Of a DNA stretch of 52,106 bases, positions 1 to 10,111 are shown piece by piece (the first letter of the stretch is position 1; each line of letters opens with the position of its first letter). Source of the DNA: Elusimicrobiota bacterium (lineage in GTDB: Bacteria > Elusimicrobiota > Elusimicrobia > Elusimicrobiales > UBA9959); assembly GCA_037137395.1 (NCBI GenBank), contig JBAXKK010000005.1:1-52106 (forward strand), read 5' to 3'. The position numbers and the translations under genes were made by a program. The notes beneath the pieces were generated by a model. It searched no databases, was not told the DNA's origin, and saw only the letters and a list, made by a program, of their open reading frames with translations.

Positions 1-1
1 A

Positions 2-904
2 GAACCGGTGGAATGGGTGTACGAACCGGGATCTACTTTTAAAACCGTAACGATAGCCGCCGCTCTGGAAAAAAATGTCGTAACGACCAAAGACACCTTT
101 TACTGCGAGAACGGCGCATGGGCGCTCAACAGCAAGGTTACGATCCACGATCACGAACCGGAAAAGACATTAACGCTGTCCGGTGTTATGGAGCGGTCAT
201 CCAATATCGGCACCGCCAAGATAGGGCTTAAGCTGGGGCTGGAAGCTTATTATCTCTACACAAAAGCATTCGGCTTCGGCACCAAGAGCGGGCTGGGCTT
301 CCCCGGAGAGTCTCCCGGCATTCTGCGGCCTATAGAAAAATACCGGACCGTCGATCTCGCGGTAGGTTCTTACGGGCACGGCATCGCCGCTACGCCGCTA
401 CAGGTGGTCAACGCATATTCAGCGGTGGCCAACGGGGGGGAATTGCTGGAAACGCGCCTCGTGGACAGAATAACGGATACCGGCGGCAGGATAAAATTTA
501 AAAATGAAACGGCGGTAATACGAAGGGTCATTTCCAAAAGCACCTATGCGACGATAAAGAATATACTGATCAGCGTGGTGGATGCCGGAACCGGTAAAAA
601 CGCCGGCGTGCCCGGCTATCTGATAGCCGGAAAAACCGGCACGTCTAAAAAAATTGATCCAAGGACAGGCAAATATATTACCGATAAAAACGTCGCCTCC
701 TTCTGCGGTTTTTTCCCGGCCGACGAACCGCAGTACACGATTCTGGTGATACTGGACAATCCTAAGCTCTTTCATTACGGCGGCGAAACGGCCGCCCCCG
801 CCTTCCAGGATATAGTCAAAAAGATAATCACGCTTAAAGGAATCCGGCCGGACAAAGCCCTTTTGGAGCGCAAGCTCCCTCCCGCCGCCCGCGTGACCGA
901 TTAG
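2..904 (+). CDS. ftsI: Penicillin-binding protein, FtsI/PBP3 type (5'-truncated, transpeptidase domain)
   Basis: YEPGSTFK (SxxK), SSN (SxN) and KTGT motifs; directly upstream of murE. Confidence 0.9.
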   Translation, partial: EPVEWVYEPGSTFKTVTIAAALEKNVVTTKDTFYCENGAWALNSKVTIHDHEPEKTLTLSGVMERSSNIGTAKIGLKLGLEAYYLYTKAFGFGTKSGLGFPGESPGILRPIEKYRTVDLAVGSYGHGIAATPLQVVNAYSAVANGGELLETRLVDRITDTGGRIKFKNETAVIRRVISKSTYATIKNILISVVDAGTGKNAGVPGYLIAGKTGTSKKIDPRTGKYITDKNVASFCGFFPADEPQYTILVILDNPKLFHYGGETAAPAFQDIVKKIITLKGIRPDKALLERKLPPAARVTD

Positions 905-962
905 TGTAACCGCCCGCAGGGTTAGAACATTTTCCAATTACTCTTAAATTTTCTATCATATA

Positions 963-1154
963 GTTAACCCGAATCCTGCAGTTGAATCTGGATTTCATTA
1001 AGGAATAGGGTGAATATAAATATTGCAGGATTCCCCGCAGCGGCGGGTCGAAAACCAAGCGCTATGCGCGCAGCGTTTTCGAGGGTGTATACCGCGCGAA
1101 GCGCACCTTGAGCACCGCGAAAGGGAAAGTTGCAATTGCAACTTTCAGGTTAAC
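963..1154. mobile_element. MITE/REP-like palindromic element (~190 bp)
   Basis: Terminal inverted repeats GTTAACCCGAA (963-973) and TTCAGGTTAAC (1144-1154); internal IR GAATCCTGCA/TGCAGGATTC; perfect 22-bp palindrome at 1125-1146; related sequences at 20941 and 38083. Confidence 0.55.
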
Positions 1155-1156
1155 AT

Positions 1157-2686
1157 ATGCTCCTTAGAGAAATTTTAAAGGAAATTCCCGACACACGCGC
1201 AACAGGGCCCGGGGACGCAGATATTTCCGGCATTGCCAACGATTCCCGCACAGTCAAAAAGGGCGACCTGTTCTTTGCCGTAACCGGCTTGAAAGAGGAC
1301 GGAAACAAGTATATAAAGTCGGCGATACTGAACGGCGCCGCGGCAATCGTAACCGCGGGCCCTGTTCCGGCTGAACTGGCCGACGCTCACCCCGGGATCG
1401 CCTGGGTATCCGCAACCGACGTCCTGGAAACATTTTCTAAGGCCTCCTCACAGTTTTACGGACATCCTTCGCGCCGCTTTAAGCTGATCGGCGTCACCGG
1501 GACCAACGGCAAGACCACCACGGCCTATCTGCTTGAGAATATTTACGCGCTGGCCGGCGCGTGTCCCGGAGTCATCGGCACAATAGACTACCGCGTGGGC
1601 GGAAAAGTCATATCTAAAGCGGCTAACACCACCCCGCTGGCCGCCGAACTGCATTCGCTTTTCAGGATGATGGCCGACGCCGGGGCCGGCGCCGTAATAA
1701 TGGAAGTGTCATCGCACGCTTTAGCGCTCAAGCGCGCGGACGAAGCTGCCTTTGATGTCGCCGTATTCACCAACCTGCAGCGCGATCATCTGGACTTCCA
1801 CAAGGACCGGGAAACATATTTCAAGGCTAAGCAAAGGTTATTTGAGCTTCTCGCGGCCTCGCCGAAAAAAAATAAGAGCGCCGTGGTGAACGCCGATGAA
1901 GACAGGGCGGGTGAGATACTTTCCGCGCTCAGCGGCAGCCTGACCCCTGTAACCTACGGCATAGACAAACCCGCTGACTTCAGGGCTGAAAACGCTGAGA
2001 TATTGCAGGACCGCACCGTGTTTGAGCTCAGCGCCCGCGGGACGCGCCGCCGGGTGACTCTGCGCCTCCTGGGCCGGTATAATATTTATAACGCCCTCGC
2101 CGCCATCGCAGCCTCGGTTTCCGCCGGAGTTCCGGTTGATACGGCCGTCAGAGGAGTAGAAACCCTGACAACCGTGCCGGGAAGGCTTGAGCGGGTGGAA
2201 CTCGGTCAGCCCTTTGGAGTGTTCGTGGATTACGCCCACACCGACGCCGCGCTGGAGAATGTGCTTTCCAACCTCCGGAAGATGCCGCATGGCAGGATTA
2301 TCACGGTCTTCGGCTGCGGCGGCGACAGGGACCGTACCAAGCGCGCCCCGATGGGAAAAGCGGCGGCCTCGCTGAGCGATTACGCCATAGTAACCAGCGA
2401 TAATCCGCGCGGAGAGGATCCCGCCCGCATCTTCGCGGACATACAGGCCGGGCTCAAGGACGCCTTCACAAATTACACCCTGATACCTGACCGCAAATCC
2501 GCCATCACAAAAGCCGTGGAGATGGCTCAGGCCGGCGATATAGTCCTGATAGCAGGTAAAGGGCACGAAGATTATCAGATACTAAGCGACCGCACCATAC
2601 ATTTTGACGACCGAGAAGCAGCAGCCGAAGCGATCAGAAAAAAGCTGGAGGATCAGAAGGCGAAGCGCCAGAAATCTGAGAACTGA
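1157..2686 (+). CDS. murE: UDP-N-acetylmuramoyl-L-alanyl-D-glutamate--2,6-diaminopimelate ligase
   Basis: GVTGTNGKTT, MEVSSH, DYAHT and DNPR (DAP-type) motifs. Confidence 0.97.
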   Translation: MLLREILKEIPDTRATGPGDADISGIANDSRTVKKGDLFFAVTGLKEDGNKYIKSAILNGAAAIVTAGPVPAELADAHPGIAWVSATDVLETFSKASSQFYGHPSRRFKLIGVTGTNGKTTTAYLLENIYALAGACPGVIGTIDYRVGGKVISKAANTTPLAAELHSLFRMMADAGAGAVIMEVSSHALALKRADEAAFDVAVFTNLQRDHLDFHKDRETYFKAKQRLFELLAASPKKNKSAVVNADEDRAGEILSALSGSLTPVTYGIDKPADFRAENAEILQDRTVFELSARGTRRRVTLRLLGRYNIYNALAAIAASVSAGVPVDTAVRGVETLTTVPGRLERVELGQPFGVFVDYAHTDAALENVLSNLRKMPHGRIITVFGCGGDRDRTKRAPMGKAAASLSDYAIVTSDNPRGEDPARIFADIQAGLKDAFTNYTLIPDRKSAITKAVEMAQAGDIVLIAGKGHEDYQILSDRTIHFDDREAAAEAIRKKLEDQKAKRQKSEN

Positions 2687-2734
2687 AACTGTAAGGGTTT
2701 AATATGAGCCCAATCCTTTGATCTTCTTCCCTAT

Positions 2735-4090
2735 ATGGACCTTAGAACTAATATTGAAACCTTGGCGAAAGTTGTGAACGGACGCGTAATAAAAGGAAGC
2801 CTTAACGCCGCCTTCGCCAATTTTGAAACCGACACACGCAAATTGAAAGGCGGGGAATTCTTCTGGGCCCTCAAGGGAGAGGCGCACGACGCCCATGTTT
2901 TCCTGGAAGAGACCCTGGCCAAAGGCGTGACGGGCTGGCTGGTGGAGGATAATAAGATCGGCCGGTTCAAGAGCTTTCCCGAGTGCGTGATCGGCGTTTG
3001 GGACACCCTGAAAGCTCTGCACCGCCTAGCCGCCTGGCACCGCGGCCGGTTCAACATCCCCGTGACGGCCATCACCGGTTCCAACGGCAAGAGCACTACG
3101 AAAGAGATGCTCAGATCTATTTTCGAAAAAGCCGGCCCGACGTGTTCCAACACCGGGAACCTCAATAACCATTTCGGCCTCCCGCTCTCCCTTCTGGAAC
3201 TGCGCGACGAACACAAATTCGGCGTATTTGAGCTGGGCGCCTCCAAGAAAGGCGATATCTTCGAGATAGGCGCTCTGGCCAGACCAAATATCGCGGTCAT
3301 CACAAATATCGGACCTTCGCATCTTGAATATTTCGGAGACCTGGAAACCGTTTTTCGCACCAAGTCGGAAATCGTGGACTGCCTGGAACCGGGCGGCACG
3401 CTGATTTACAATTCTGACGATAAATATCTAGCTGCGCTAAAAGATCGAAAGGTAAACAAACTGAGCTTCGGCTATTACGGCGCCGACATAGGGATTTCCG
3501 AAGTGGGCGGCGCGCTCAAACTGAGCTATAAAAACGACATTATAGAAATCCGCCTGCCATCCTCCGTCCGGCATAATTACCGCAATGCCGCCGCAGCGGC
3601 CGGCGCGGCCATCGCATCCGGTCTTAGCCTGACTTCGGTGAAGGCCGGACTGGAATCATTCACGCCGCCGCCCATGCGGATGCAGATAATTAATATCAAC
3701 GGTTCCACCGTCATACTGGACGCCTACAACGCCAACCCCGCTTCCATGCGGGCCGCATTAGAGACAGTTTTCAGCGCCTCTTTCCCCAAACCTTTTTATC
3801 TGGCGCTGGGAGATATGAAGGAATTGGGCCGACACGCAGCGCAGTACCACGCCGAATTGGGCGAATATTTGGCGACTTTGGACGCGGATAAAATCTTCCT
3901 GGCCGGGCCGGAAATGAAGGCCGCGGCCGGAGAAATGAATAAAAGAGGTAAAGGCGAGAAAGTTGTTTACGCCGAATCCTCCGAAGCCTGGGCGGGGGAT
4001 CTGCGGACCGCGATACGAACCGGCAAGGGGACGTTTCTGTTAAAAGCTTCCCGGGCGATGAGATTTGAGAAACTGATAGCGGGATTGTAA
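2735..4090 (+). CDS. murF: UDP-N-acetylmuramoyl-tripeptide--D-alanyl-D-alanine ligase
   Basis: ITGSNGKSTTKE, NLNNHFGLP, DAYNANP, LGDMKELG and LKASR motifs. Confidence 0.96.
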   Translation: MDLRTNIETLAKVVNGRVIKGSLNAAFANFETDTRKLKGGEFFWALKGEAHDAHVFLEETLAKGVTGWLVEDNKIGRFKSFPECVIGVWDTLKALHRLAAWHRGRFNIPVTAITGSNGKSTTKEMLRSIFEKAGPTCSNTGNLNNHFGLPLSLLELRDEHKFGVFELGASKKGDIFEIGALARPNIAVITNIGPSHLEYFGDLETVFRTKSEIVDCLEPGGTLIYNSDDKYLAALKDRKVNKLSFGYYGADIGISEVGGALKLSYKNDIIEIRLPSSVRHNYRNAAAAAGAAIASGLSLTSVKAGLESFTPPPMRMQIININGSTVILDAYNANPASMRAALETVFSASFPKPFYLALGDMKELGRHAAQYHAELGEYLATLDADKIFLAGPEMKAAAGEMNKRGKGEKVVYAESSEAWAGDLRTAIRTGKGTFLLKASRAMRFEKLIAGL

Positions 4091-4126
4091 GAGATAAATA
4101 AATTTATTACCAGTTAGGAGACATTA

Positions 4127-5212
4127 ATGCTTTACTACGTTCACTATCTAAAAGATATTTTCACCCCGCTCAATGTATTTCAGTATATAACTTTCAGGGT
4201 CGGCGGGGCGATCATGACTTCCTTTTTCCTGAGCCTCCTGATAGGTCCGGCGCTCATTGCCAAACTGCGCTCCTTCAAAATAGGCCAGATCCAGCGCGTG
4301 GACGGACCCAAAAGCCACCTTTCAAAAGAAGGCACGACGACCATGGGCGGCCTGCTTATATTCCTGACACTGATCCTCAGCACACTGCTGTGGGCAAGAT
4401 TGGACAACCGTTTCATACTTCTGTTAATTTTCACGACCGTGATACTCGCATTCACTGGATGGCTGGATGACTATACCAAGCTGGTGAAAAAGAACCCAAA
4501 GGGGGCCTCCTCTAAGTTTAAATTCATTCTGCAGTTGGTCACAGCCGCAGTTGTGGTCGGCTATCTGGCAGTGGACCCGCCTAACGCAGCTTACGCGACC
4601 AGTGTTTCCGTCCCCTACACTAAAGAATTTTACCTTAACCTGGGCTTTCTTTACGCCGCGCTTGCCATGTTTATGATCATAGGTTCGTCCAACGCGGTAA
4701 ATCTGACTGACGGCCTGGACGGCCTGGCCGCCGGCACCATCGTTTTCGCGGCGCTGACCTTCGCTATTCTGGCGTATTCGGCCGGAAATGTGAAACTGGC
4801 CGCATATTTTAAGATCATACACGTCATAGGAGCGGGGGAGATAGCTGTTTTCCTGGCCGCGCTGATTGGCTCCTGTCTGGGCTTCCTTTGGTTCAACGCC
4901 TATCCGGCTGAGATCTTCATGGGCGACACCAGCTCCCTGTTTTTAGGCGGGGCCATAGGCGTTTCGGCTATAGCGGTAAAGCAGGAACTCATTCTGCCTG
5001 TAGCGGGTGGGATTTTTCTGCTTGAAACGCTGTCGGTCATATTACAGATGGGTTCCTATAAACTGCGAGGAAAGAAAAAGATTTTTCTGATGGCTCCGCT
5101 GCATCACCACTACGAGATCAAAGGCATAGCCGAATCAAAAGTGACGGTGCGTTTCTGGATAATAGGCATCATGCTGATGCTGGCGGCGCTATCTTCGCTT
5201 AAAATAAGATAA
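4127..5212 (+). CDS. mraY: Phospho-N-acetylmuramoyl-pentapeptide transferase
   Basis: GWLDD, NAVNLTDGLDGL, FMGD and APLHHH motifs; multi-TM. Confidence 0.98.
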   Translation: MLYYVHYLKDIFTPLNVFQYITFRVGGAIMTSFFLSLLIGPALIAKLRSFKIGQIQRVDGPKSHLSKEGTTTMGGLLIFLTLILSTLLWARLDNRFILLLIFTTVILAFTGWLDDYTKLVKKNPKGASSKFKFILQLVTAAVVVGYLAVDPPNAAYATSVSVPYTKEFYLNLGFLYAALAMFMIIGSSNAVNLTDGLDGLAAGTIVFAALTFAILAYSAGNVKLAAYFKIIHVIGAGEIAVFLAALIGSCLGFLWFNAYPAEIFMGDTSSLFLGGAIGVSAIAVKQELILPVAGGIFLLETLSVILQMGSYKLRGKKKIFLMAPLHHHYEIKGIAESKVTVRFWIIGIMLMLAALSSLKIR

Positions 5213-5288
5213 AGGACCGGAGGACTAAAAGATTAGAGGATTGGCAGCATCCGGCAAAGTAGCATTGATCCTTCAGTCCTCCAATCCT
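5213..5288. repeat. Degenerate 8-bp tandem array followed by its inverted copy
   Basis: aggaccgg-aggactaa-aagattag-aggattgg ... ttgatcct-tcagtcct-ccaatcct. Confidence 0.7.
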
Positions 5289-5295
5289 CCCAATT

Positions 5296-6687
5296 ATGTT
5301 TATACCTGAAAAATTTAAAGGCAAAAAAGGCCTCGTGATCGGCGCGGGCAAATCCGGGGTCGCCTGCGCGAATCTCCTGGCTCGCGGCGGATTCAAAGTT
5401 CTGCTGAGCGACACCTTACCTTTAACCGAACTCAAAAAACGTCTCAAAGGGCTCAGCGGGAAAGTGGAAGTTGAAGCCGGCGGCCACACTGATAAATTTC
5501 TTTCCTGCGCTTTCGCGGTTAAAAGCCCGGGAGTGTCCAGCTCAAACCCGCTTATGTTAAAGCTGAAGAAGAATCAGATTCCCGTTTTCAGCGAAATTGA
5601 GACGGCGCTCGCTTTCTCCGGCACCACCGAGGTCCTGGCCGTCACCGGCACCAATGGCAAAACCACCACTACGGTCCTGCTCGGGGAAATAATGAAGCGC
5701 GCCCTTAAATCCCGCGGCTCAAAGGCGTGGGTCTGCGGTAATGTGGGAACTCCGGCGGCCCTAATCGCTGGAAAAGCCGGCGCCGGCGACACGATAGTTA
5801 TGGAGGTCTCCAGCTACCAGCTTGAGGACAGCTCTTGCCTGCACCCGCTGACCGCCTGCGTTCTCAACATCACGCCTGACCACCTGGATCATCACGGGAC
5901 GCTGGGCAATTACATAGCGGCCAAGACGAGAGTATTCCGTTTTCAAAAAAAGGAGGACGCCTGTGTTTTCAACTCCGATGACGCGCATTGCCGTCAAATA
6001 GCCGCGCGCTGCCCTTCAAGAAAGTTATTTTTTTCATCATCCAGAAAAGGCGGGCTTCTTAACGCCTGGGTGGAGGACGGGCGCCTGATTTTCCGCCTGG
6101 GCGGAGAACGGCATGTAATGACCGCCCCGGCGCTCCCCGGCCGTCACAATCTGGAAAACGCCATGTGCGCCGGCCTTATGGCCCTCACGCGCGGCGTTGA
6201 ACGCGCGGATATACAGAAAACTTTTTCAGTTTTCAAAGGCGTGGAACACCGCATAGAACCGGCCGGAAAAAAAGGGGGCATAACCCTTATTAACGATTCA
6301 AAGGCGACAAATGTGGATTCCACACTGGTAGCGCTGAGGGCCTTAGAAACGGGGCGCAGAAATATATGGCTGATACTGGGTGGTCTGGATAAAGGCAATC
6401 CATACGCTCCCCTGGCGCCGCTTATCGCTAAGGCGGTAAAGGCCGTGCTGACCATAGGCGCTGCGGCGGTGAAAATTAAAAATGAGCTCAAAGGCGCGGC
6501 TCAAATTATCAGCGCCGGCACGATGGCTAAAGCCGTGGCAGTGGCGTTGGCTCGCGGGGAAAAGGGAGATATCGTCCTATTTTCTCCAGCCTGCGCCTCT
6601 TTCGACCAGTTCAGGGATTTCGAGGACCGGGGCCGAAAATTCAAAGCTCTGGTAAAAAAGCTTAAGCAGAAGAAAGCCGGCCGTTAG
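5296..6687 (+). CDS. murD: UDP-N-acetylmuramoyl-L-alanine--D-glutamate ligase
   Basis: GAGKSG, VTGTNGKTT, EVSSYQL, NDSKATN and SPACASFDQF motifs. Confidence 0.97.
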   Translation: MFIPEKFKGKKGLVIGAGKSGVACANLLARGGFKVLLSDTLPLTELKKRLKGLSGKVEVEAGGHTDKFLSCAFAVKSPGVSSSNPLMLKLKKNQIPVFSEIETALAFSGTTEVLAVTGTNGKTTTTVLLGEIMKRALKSRGSKAWVCGNVGTPAALIAGKAGAGDTIVMEVSSYQLEDSSCLHPLTACVLNITPDHLDHHGTLGNYIAAKTRVFRFQKKEDACVFNSDDAHCRQIAARCPSRKLFFSSSRKGGLLNAWVEDGRLIFRLGGERHVMTAPALPGRHNLENAMCAGLMALTRGVERADIQKTFSVFKGVEHRIEPAGKKGGITLINDSKATNVDSTLVALRALETGRRNIWLILGGLDKGNPYAPLAPLIAKAVKAVLTIGAAAVKIKNELKGAAQIISAGTMAKAVAVALARGEKGDIVLFSPACASFDQFRDFEDRGRKFKALVKKLKQKKAGR

Positions 6688-6717
6688 CGCCGTATGCTTT
6701 AAAGGAGTTCCCTGATT

Positions 6718-6752
6718 TTTCTGCGTATGGCATATGGCCGATGGCTTATAGC
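6718..6752. repeat. Degenerate 7-bp tandem array (TATGGCN)
   Basis: tatggca-tatggcc-gatggct-tatagc; near-copy at 50818-50852. Confidence 0.65.
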
Positions 6753-6779
6753 GATCAATAGTTGGGAGTTTAATTTACT

Positions 6780-7919
6780 ATGGACTTTTCATCCCGTCGG
6801 GCGAGGCCCGCGTATAACACGATAAAAAACAGAAGCCTGAAGCACATGGACTTCTCCCTTTTCTTCATAGTCCTGACTCTGCTGGGCCTGGGCCTCATCT
6901 CGCTTTTCTCAGCCAGCGCCATCTACGCGGCGAATAAGGGGCTCGATTCTCTCTTCTACGTTAAGCGTCAGGCTTTATGGATGCTTATCGGCCTGGGGCT
7001 CACCGCAGTCATAGCCAGGATTGACCTTGAAAAGATACGCGAATTTATAAAACCGGCCGTAATCTTAACCGCCATCCTCCTGCTGGTTACTCTTTTTATG
7101 CCTCCCGTGGCCCATGTTAAGCGCTGGATACCGCTGGGACTTATGAAGCTGCAGATGAGCGAATTCACAAAGATAGTTCTGGTCCTGTACCTCGCCGATT
7201 TTTTTGACCGCAACCTGAGCCACATCGCCTCGGACACCAGACAACTGCTGAAACCCCTGGGAGTCATGGCCGTAATACTGGTCCTTATCGCTCTTGAGCC
7301 TGACCTCGGCACGCCCGCCCTTATATTCGGCACCGCTCTTATGATGTTCTTCGCGGCGGGAGTTAAACTCCGCTTCATTTTTATACCTATCGCCGCCATG
7401 ATTCCGGTTTTCATTCTGGAGCTTTTCCGCCACCCCTATCGCCTGGCCCGCCTGAAGACCTTTATGTCGCCCTGGGATAATGCGGCGGGCACAGGATATC
7501 AGTTGGTCCAATCGCTGCTGGCAGTGGGTTCCGGCGGATGGCTCGGCAAAGGCCTGGGCGCTTCCCAGCTCAAACTGTATATCCCAGAACCGTATACCGA
7601 TTTTATTTTCCCGGTGATAGCCGAAGAGATAGGCTTCATCGGAAGCATGTTCATTGTGCTGCTTTTCCTGGCGTTGCTTGTAAAAGGCGTGCGGATAGCA
7701 AGAAACGCTCCCAGCTTTTACACCACGCTGACGGCACTTGGTCTGACGCTGATGATAGTTTTGCAGGCTTTTTTCAACTTGGCCATGGCTACGGGTCTTA
7801 TCCCGACAAAAGGCATACCGCTGCCCTTTTTCTCCTACGGCGGATCGTCGATTCTCACAACCATGATAGCCGTCGGCGTAATTCTTAATATCTCGGCCCA
7901 TAGGAACCAGGCAGGATGA
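6780..7919 (+). CDS. ftsW: SEDS peptidoglycan glycosyltransferase FtsW
   Basis: EPDLGT, PEPYTDFIF and GIPLPFFSYGGSS motifs; between murD and murG. Confidence 0.95.
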   Translation: MDFSSRRARPAYNTIKNRSLKHMDFSLFFIVLTLLGLGLISLFSASAIYAANKGLDSLFYVKRQALWMLIGLGLTAVIARIDLEKIREFIKPAVILTAILLLVTLFMPPVAHVKRWIPLGLMKLQMSEFTKIVLVLYLADFFDRNLSHIASDTRQLLKPLGVMAVILVLIALEPDLGTPALIFGTALMMFFAAGVKLRFIFIPIAAMIPVFILELFRHPYRLARLKTFMSPWDNAAGTGYQLVQSLLAVGSGGWLGKGLGASQLKLYIPEPYTDFIFPVIAEEIGFIGSMFIVLLFLALLVKGVRIARNAPSFYTTLTALGLTLMIVLQAFFNLAMATGLIPTKGIPLPFFSYGGSSILTTMIAVGVILNISAHRNQAG

Positions 7920-9073
7920 CAAATACAAGTATGAAAAGAATATTGATAGCCTCCGGCGGCACCGGGGGACATTTCTACCCGGGCCTCGCGCTCGCGAACG
8001 CTCTCCGCGCCAGGGGCGGATGGGAGCCGGTGTTCCTTGTCAAAAAGGGCGATATTTCCATCGGCGCCCTTCAGAAGAACTATTATCCGTACGCTGAGAT
8101 AGACATGATTGCACTGCCGCGCACGCTGAGCCCTATGGCCCAACTGTCTTTCCTATATAAATTCGCGTCCTCACTGACGACATGCCTGCGCGTCCTGAAA
8201 GATTTTAAACCCGTTTTAGTCTTCGGCACAGGCAGCTATATCTCATTCCCCGCGATTCTGGCCGCTTATCTTAAAGGAACGCCGTCCATCATACACGAAT
8301 CAAACGCCAAATTCGGCCTTGGCAATAGATTATGCGCCAGCTTCGCCTCCGCAACTGCCCTGGGCCTGCCGGTTAAAGACAATCCTTTTAAAGCCAAGTC
8401 GCAACTGACCGGCACTCCGATACGCGAGATTTTATCAGCCCACGCGGGCCCGGCCGAGGCGCGCGCCCGCCTAGGACTGAAAGAGGGGGAACCTGTCCTC
8501 CTTATCTTTGGCGGCAGCCAGGGCGCGCGGCGGTTAAATCGCGCCGCGGCCGCGGCCGTTAAAAAGATGAAGGAGAAGGGTCTGGCCTTCCAGGTCCTGC
8601 ACCTCGCAGGTAAGAGGGACCACGCCGATACTCTGGCCTCCTACTCTGAATTGGGCCTCTCTAGCGAGCCGTCGCTTAAGGTGCTGGATTACTGCGAGGA
8701 TATGAACCTGATCTACGCGGCGGCTGACGTCGTCTGCTGCCGCTCAGGAGCCAGCACTGTAGCTGAACTGTTTTATCTTAAAAAACCCGCCGTGCTGGTT
8801 CCGCTGCCCACTTCCGCCGGCGGCCACCAGATTGCTAACGCTAAGATATTAAGCGATGCTGGCGCAGCTGTAATCGTAGAGGAGTCTCAGGATTTTGACG
8901 AGCGCCTGGCGGGACAGCTTGAATTACTGCTCGCCTCGCAGGGGGAATTAGAACGAATGCGTTCCTCTTTCGCCGAACTTAAAGGCCTGCCAAATCCGAT
9001 GAAAGCGCCGGAAAGCATAATCGGCGTAATTGAAAAACTTATAGTATCAGGAACGCCGCGACGCGGCGCCTGA
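7916..9073 (+). CDS. murG: Undecaprenyl-PP-MurNAc-pentapeptide GlcNAc transferase
   Basis: GGTGGHFYP, HESN, GGSQGA, RSGAST and HQIANA motifs. Confidence 0.97.
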   Translation: MTNTSMKRILIASGGTGGHFYPGLALANALRARGGWEPVFLVKKGDISIGALQKNYYPYAEIDMIALPRTLSPMAQLSFLYKFASSLTTCLRVLKDFKPVLVFGTGSYISFPAILAAYLKGTPSIIHESNAKFGLGNRLCASFASATALGLPVKDNPFKAKSQLTGTPIREILSAHAGPAEARARLGLKEGEPVLLIFGGSQGARRLNRAAAAAVKKMKEKGLAFQVLHLAGKRDHADTLASYSELGLSSEPSLKVLDYCEDMNLIYAAADVVCCRSGASTVAELFYLKKPAVLVPLPTSAGGHQIANAKILSDAGAAVIVEESQDFDERLAGQLELLLASQGELERMRSSFAELKGLPNPMKAPESIIGVIEKLIVSGTPRRGA

Positions 9074-9098
9074 ACGCGCGGAACAATGGAGGTCATAT

Positions 9099-10070
9099 AT
9101 GCTTGAAGACGCGAAAGCTAAATTTCTTGTCTACGCCGGAATATTCCTGGCCTTTATCGGCGCCACAGGCAACGCTTTTGAGGTAGAGCCCATACATAAT
9201 CTTTTTTACATCTTCGCCTGGTGGGCATACATCTTAATCATCGACGCGATAATATACAGGATAAAAGGCGACTCGCTCATGGTTTCCAGGATGGATGAAT
9301 TCTGGTTTCTCGCCGCCTGGTCGATCTTTATCTGGTCTATATTTGAACTGGCCAACCTGCGCCTTGAAAACTGGCAATATATGTTCATCCCGTCTGACAG
9401 GTCTCTGCGGTGGACCGGCTACTTCCTTGCCTATGCCACCGTTCTGCCGGGACTGTTCGAAACCGCTGAGCTCCTGGCCGCGGCCGGGCTGGCTAGCCGC
9501 GCCAAGATCCGCTCCCTGCGCGTGACTCCGGGACTTCTCAAAAAAATCTATCTGGCCGGAGCTACTGCCCTTATTCTCCCCATGATACTGCCGCGGTATT
9601 TTTTCGCTCTTATCTGGGTGGCGTTCACACTGCTGCTTGAGCCGATAAACTACCGCCTCGGCCTCCGCTCCATTTTACGCGACCTGGAGGGAGGCGCCCC
9701 GGGAAAACTATATCAACTGCTCGCCGGGGGTTTTATCTGCGGATTGCTGTGGGAATTCTTGAATTTTAAAGCCGGCGCCAAATGGATATACACCATACCG
9801 CTGGCGGGGGATATAAAACTTTTTGAGATGCCGGTGGCAGGCTATATCGGCTTTCCGCTCTTCGCAGTGGAATGCTACGCCATGTACAACTTTATCTCCT
9901 ATCTGAGGAGGGGCAGAACCTGGGAGCAGGACGCGCAGGAAGCCAATCCCGGACCGAAGTCTCCGTTATGGCTGCTTGTGGGAGCGGCTGTATTGTCGCT
10001 ACTAACCTTTTATACTGCCGCCAAGACCATAGACGCTCATACTGTCCGTCTGTACATCGCTTATTTGTAG
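9099..10070 (+). CDS. Polytopic integral membrane protein, function unknown
   Basis: Many hydrophobic segments; internally repeated (F/W)E..N....W.Y motif; SD GGAGG upstream. Confidence 0.8.
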   Translation: MLEDAKAKFLVYAGIFLAFIGATGNAFEVEPIHNLFYIFAWWAYILIIDAIIYRIKGDSLMVSRMDEFWFLAAWSIFIWSIFELANLRLENWQYMFIPSDRSLRWTGYFLAYATVLPGLFETAELLAAAGLASRAKIRSLRVTPGLLKKIYLAGATALILPMILPRYFFALIWVAFTLLLEPINYRLGLRSILRDLEGGAPGKLYQLLAGGFICGLLWEFLNFKAGAKWIYTIPLAGDIKLFEMPVAGYIGFPLFAVECYAMYNFISYLRRGRTWEQDAQEANPGPKSPLWLLVGAAVLSLLTFYTAAKTIDAHTVRLYIAYL

Positions 10071-10111
10071 TCGGATTTTAAAATTTATAACTTATCGGTC
10101 GGAGGGGAACT

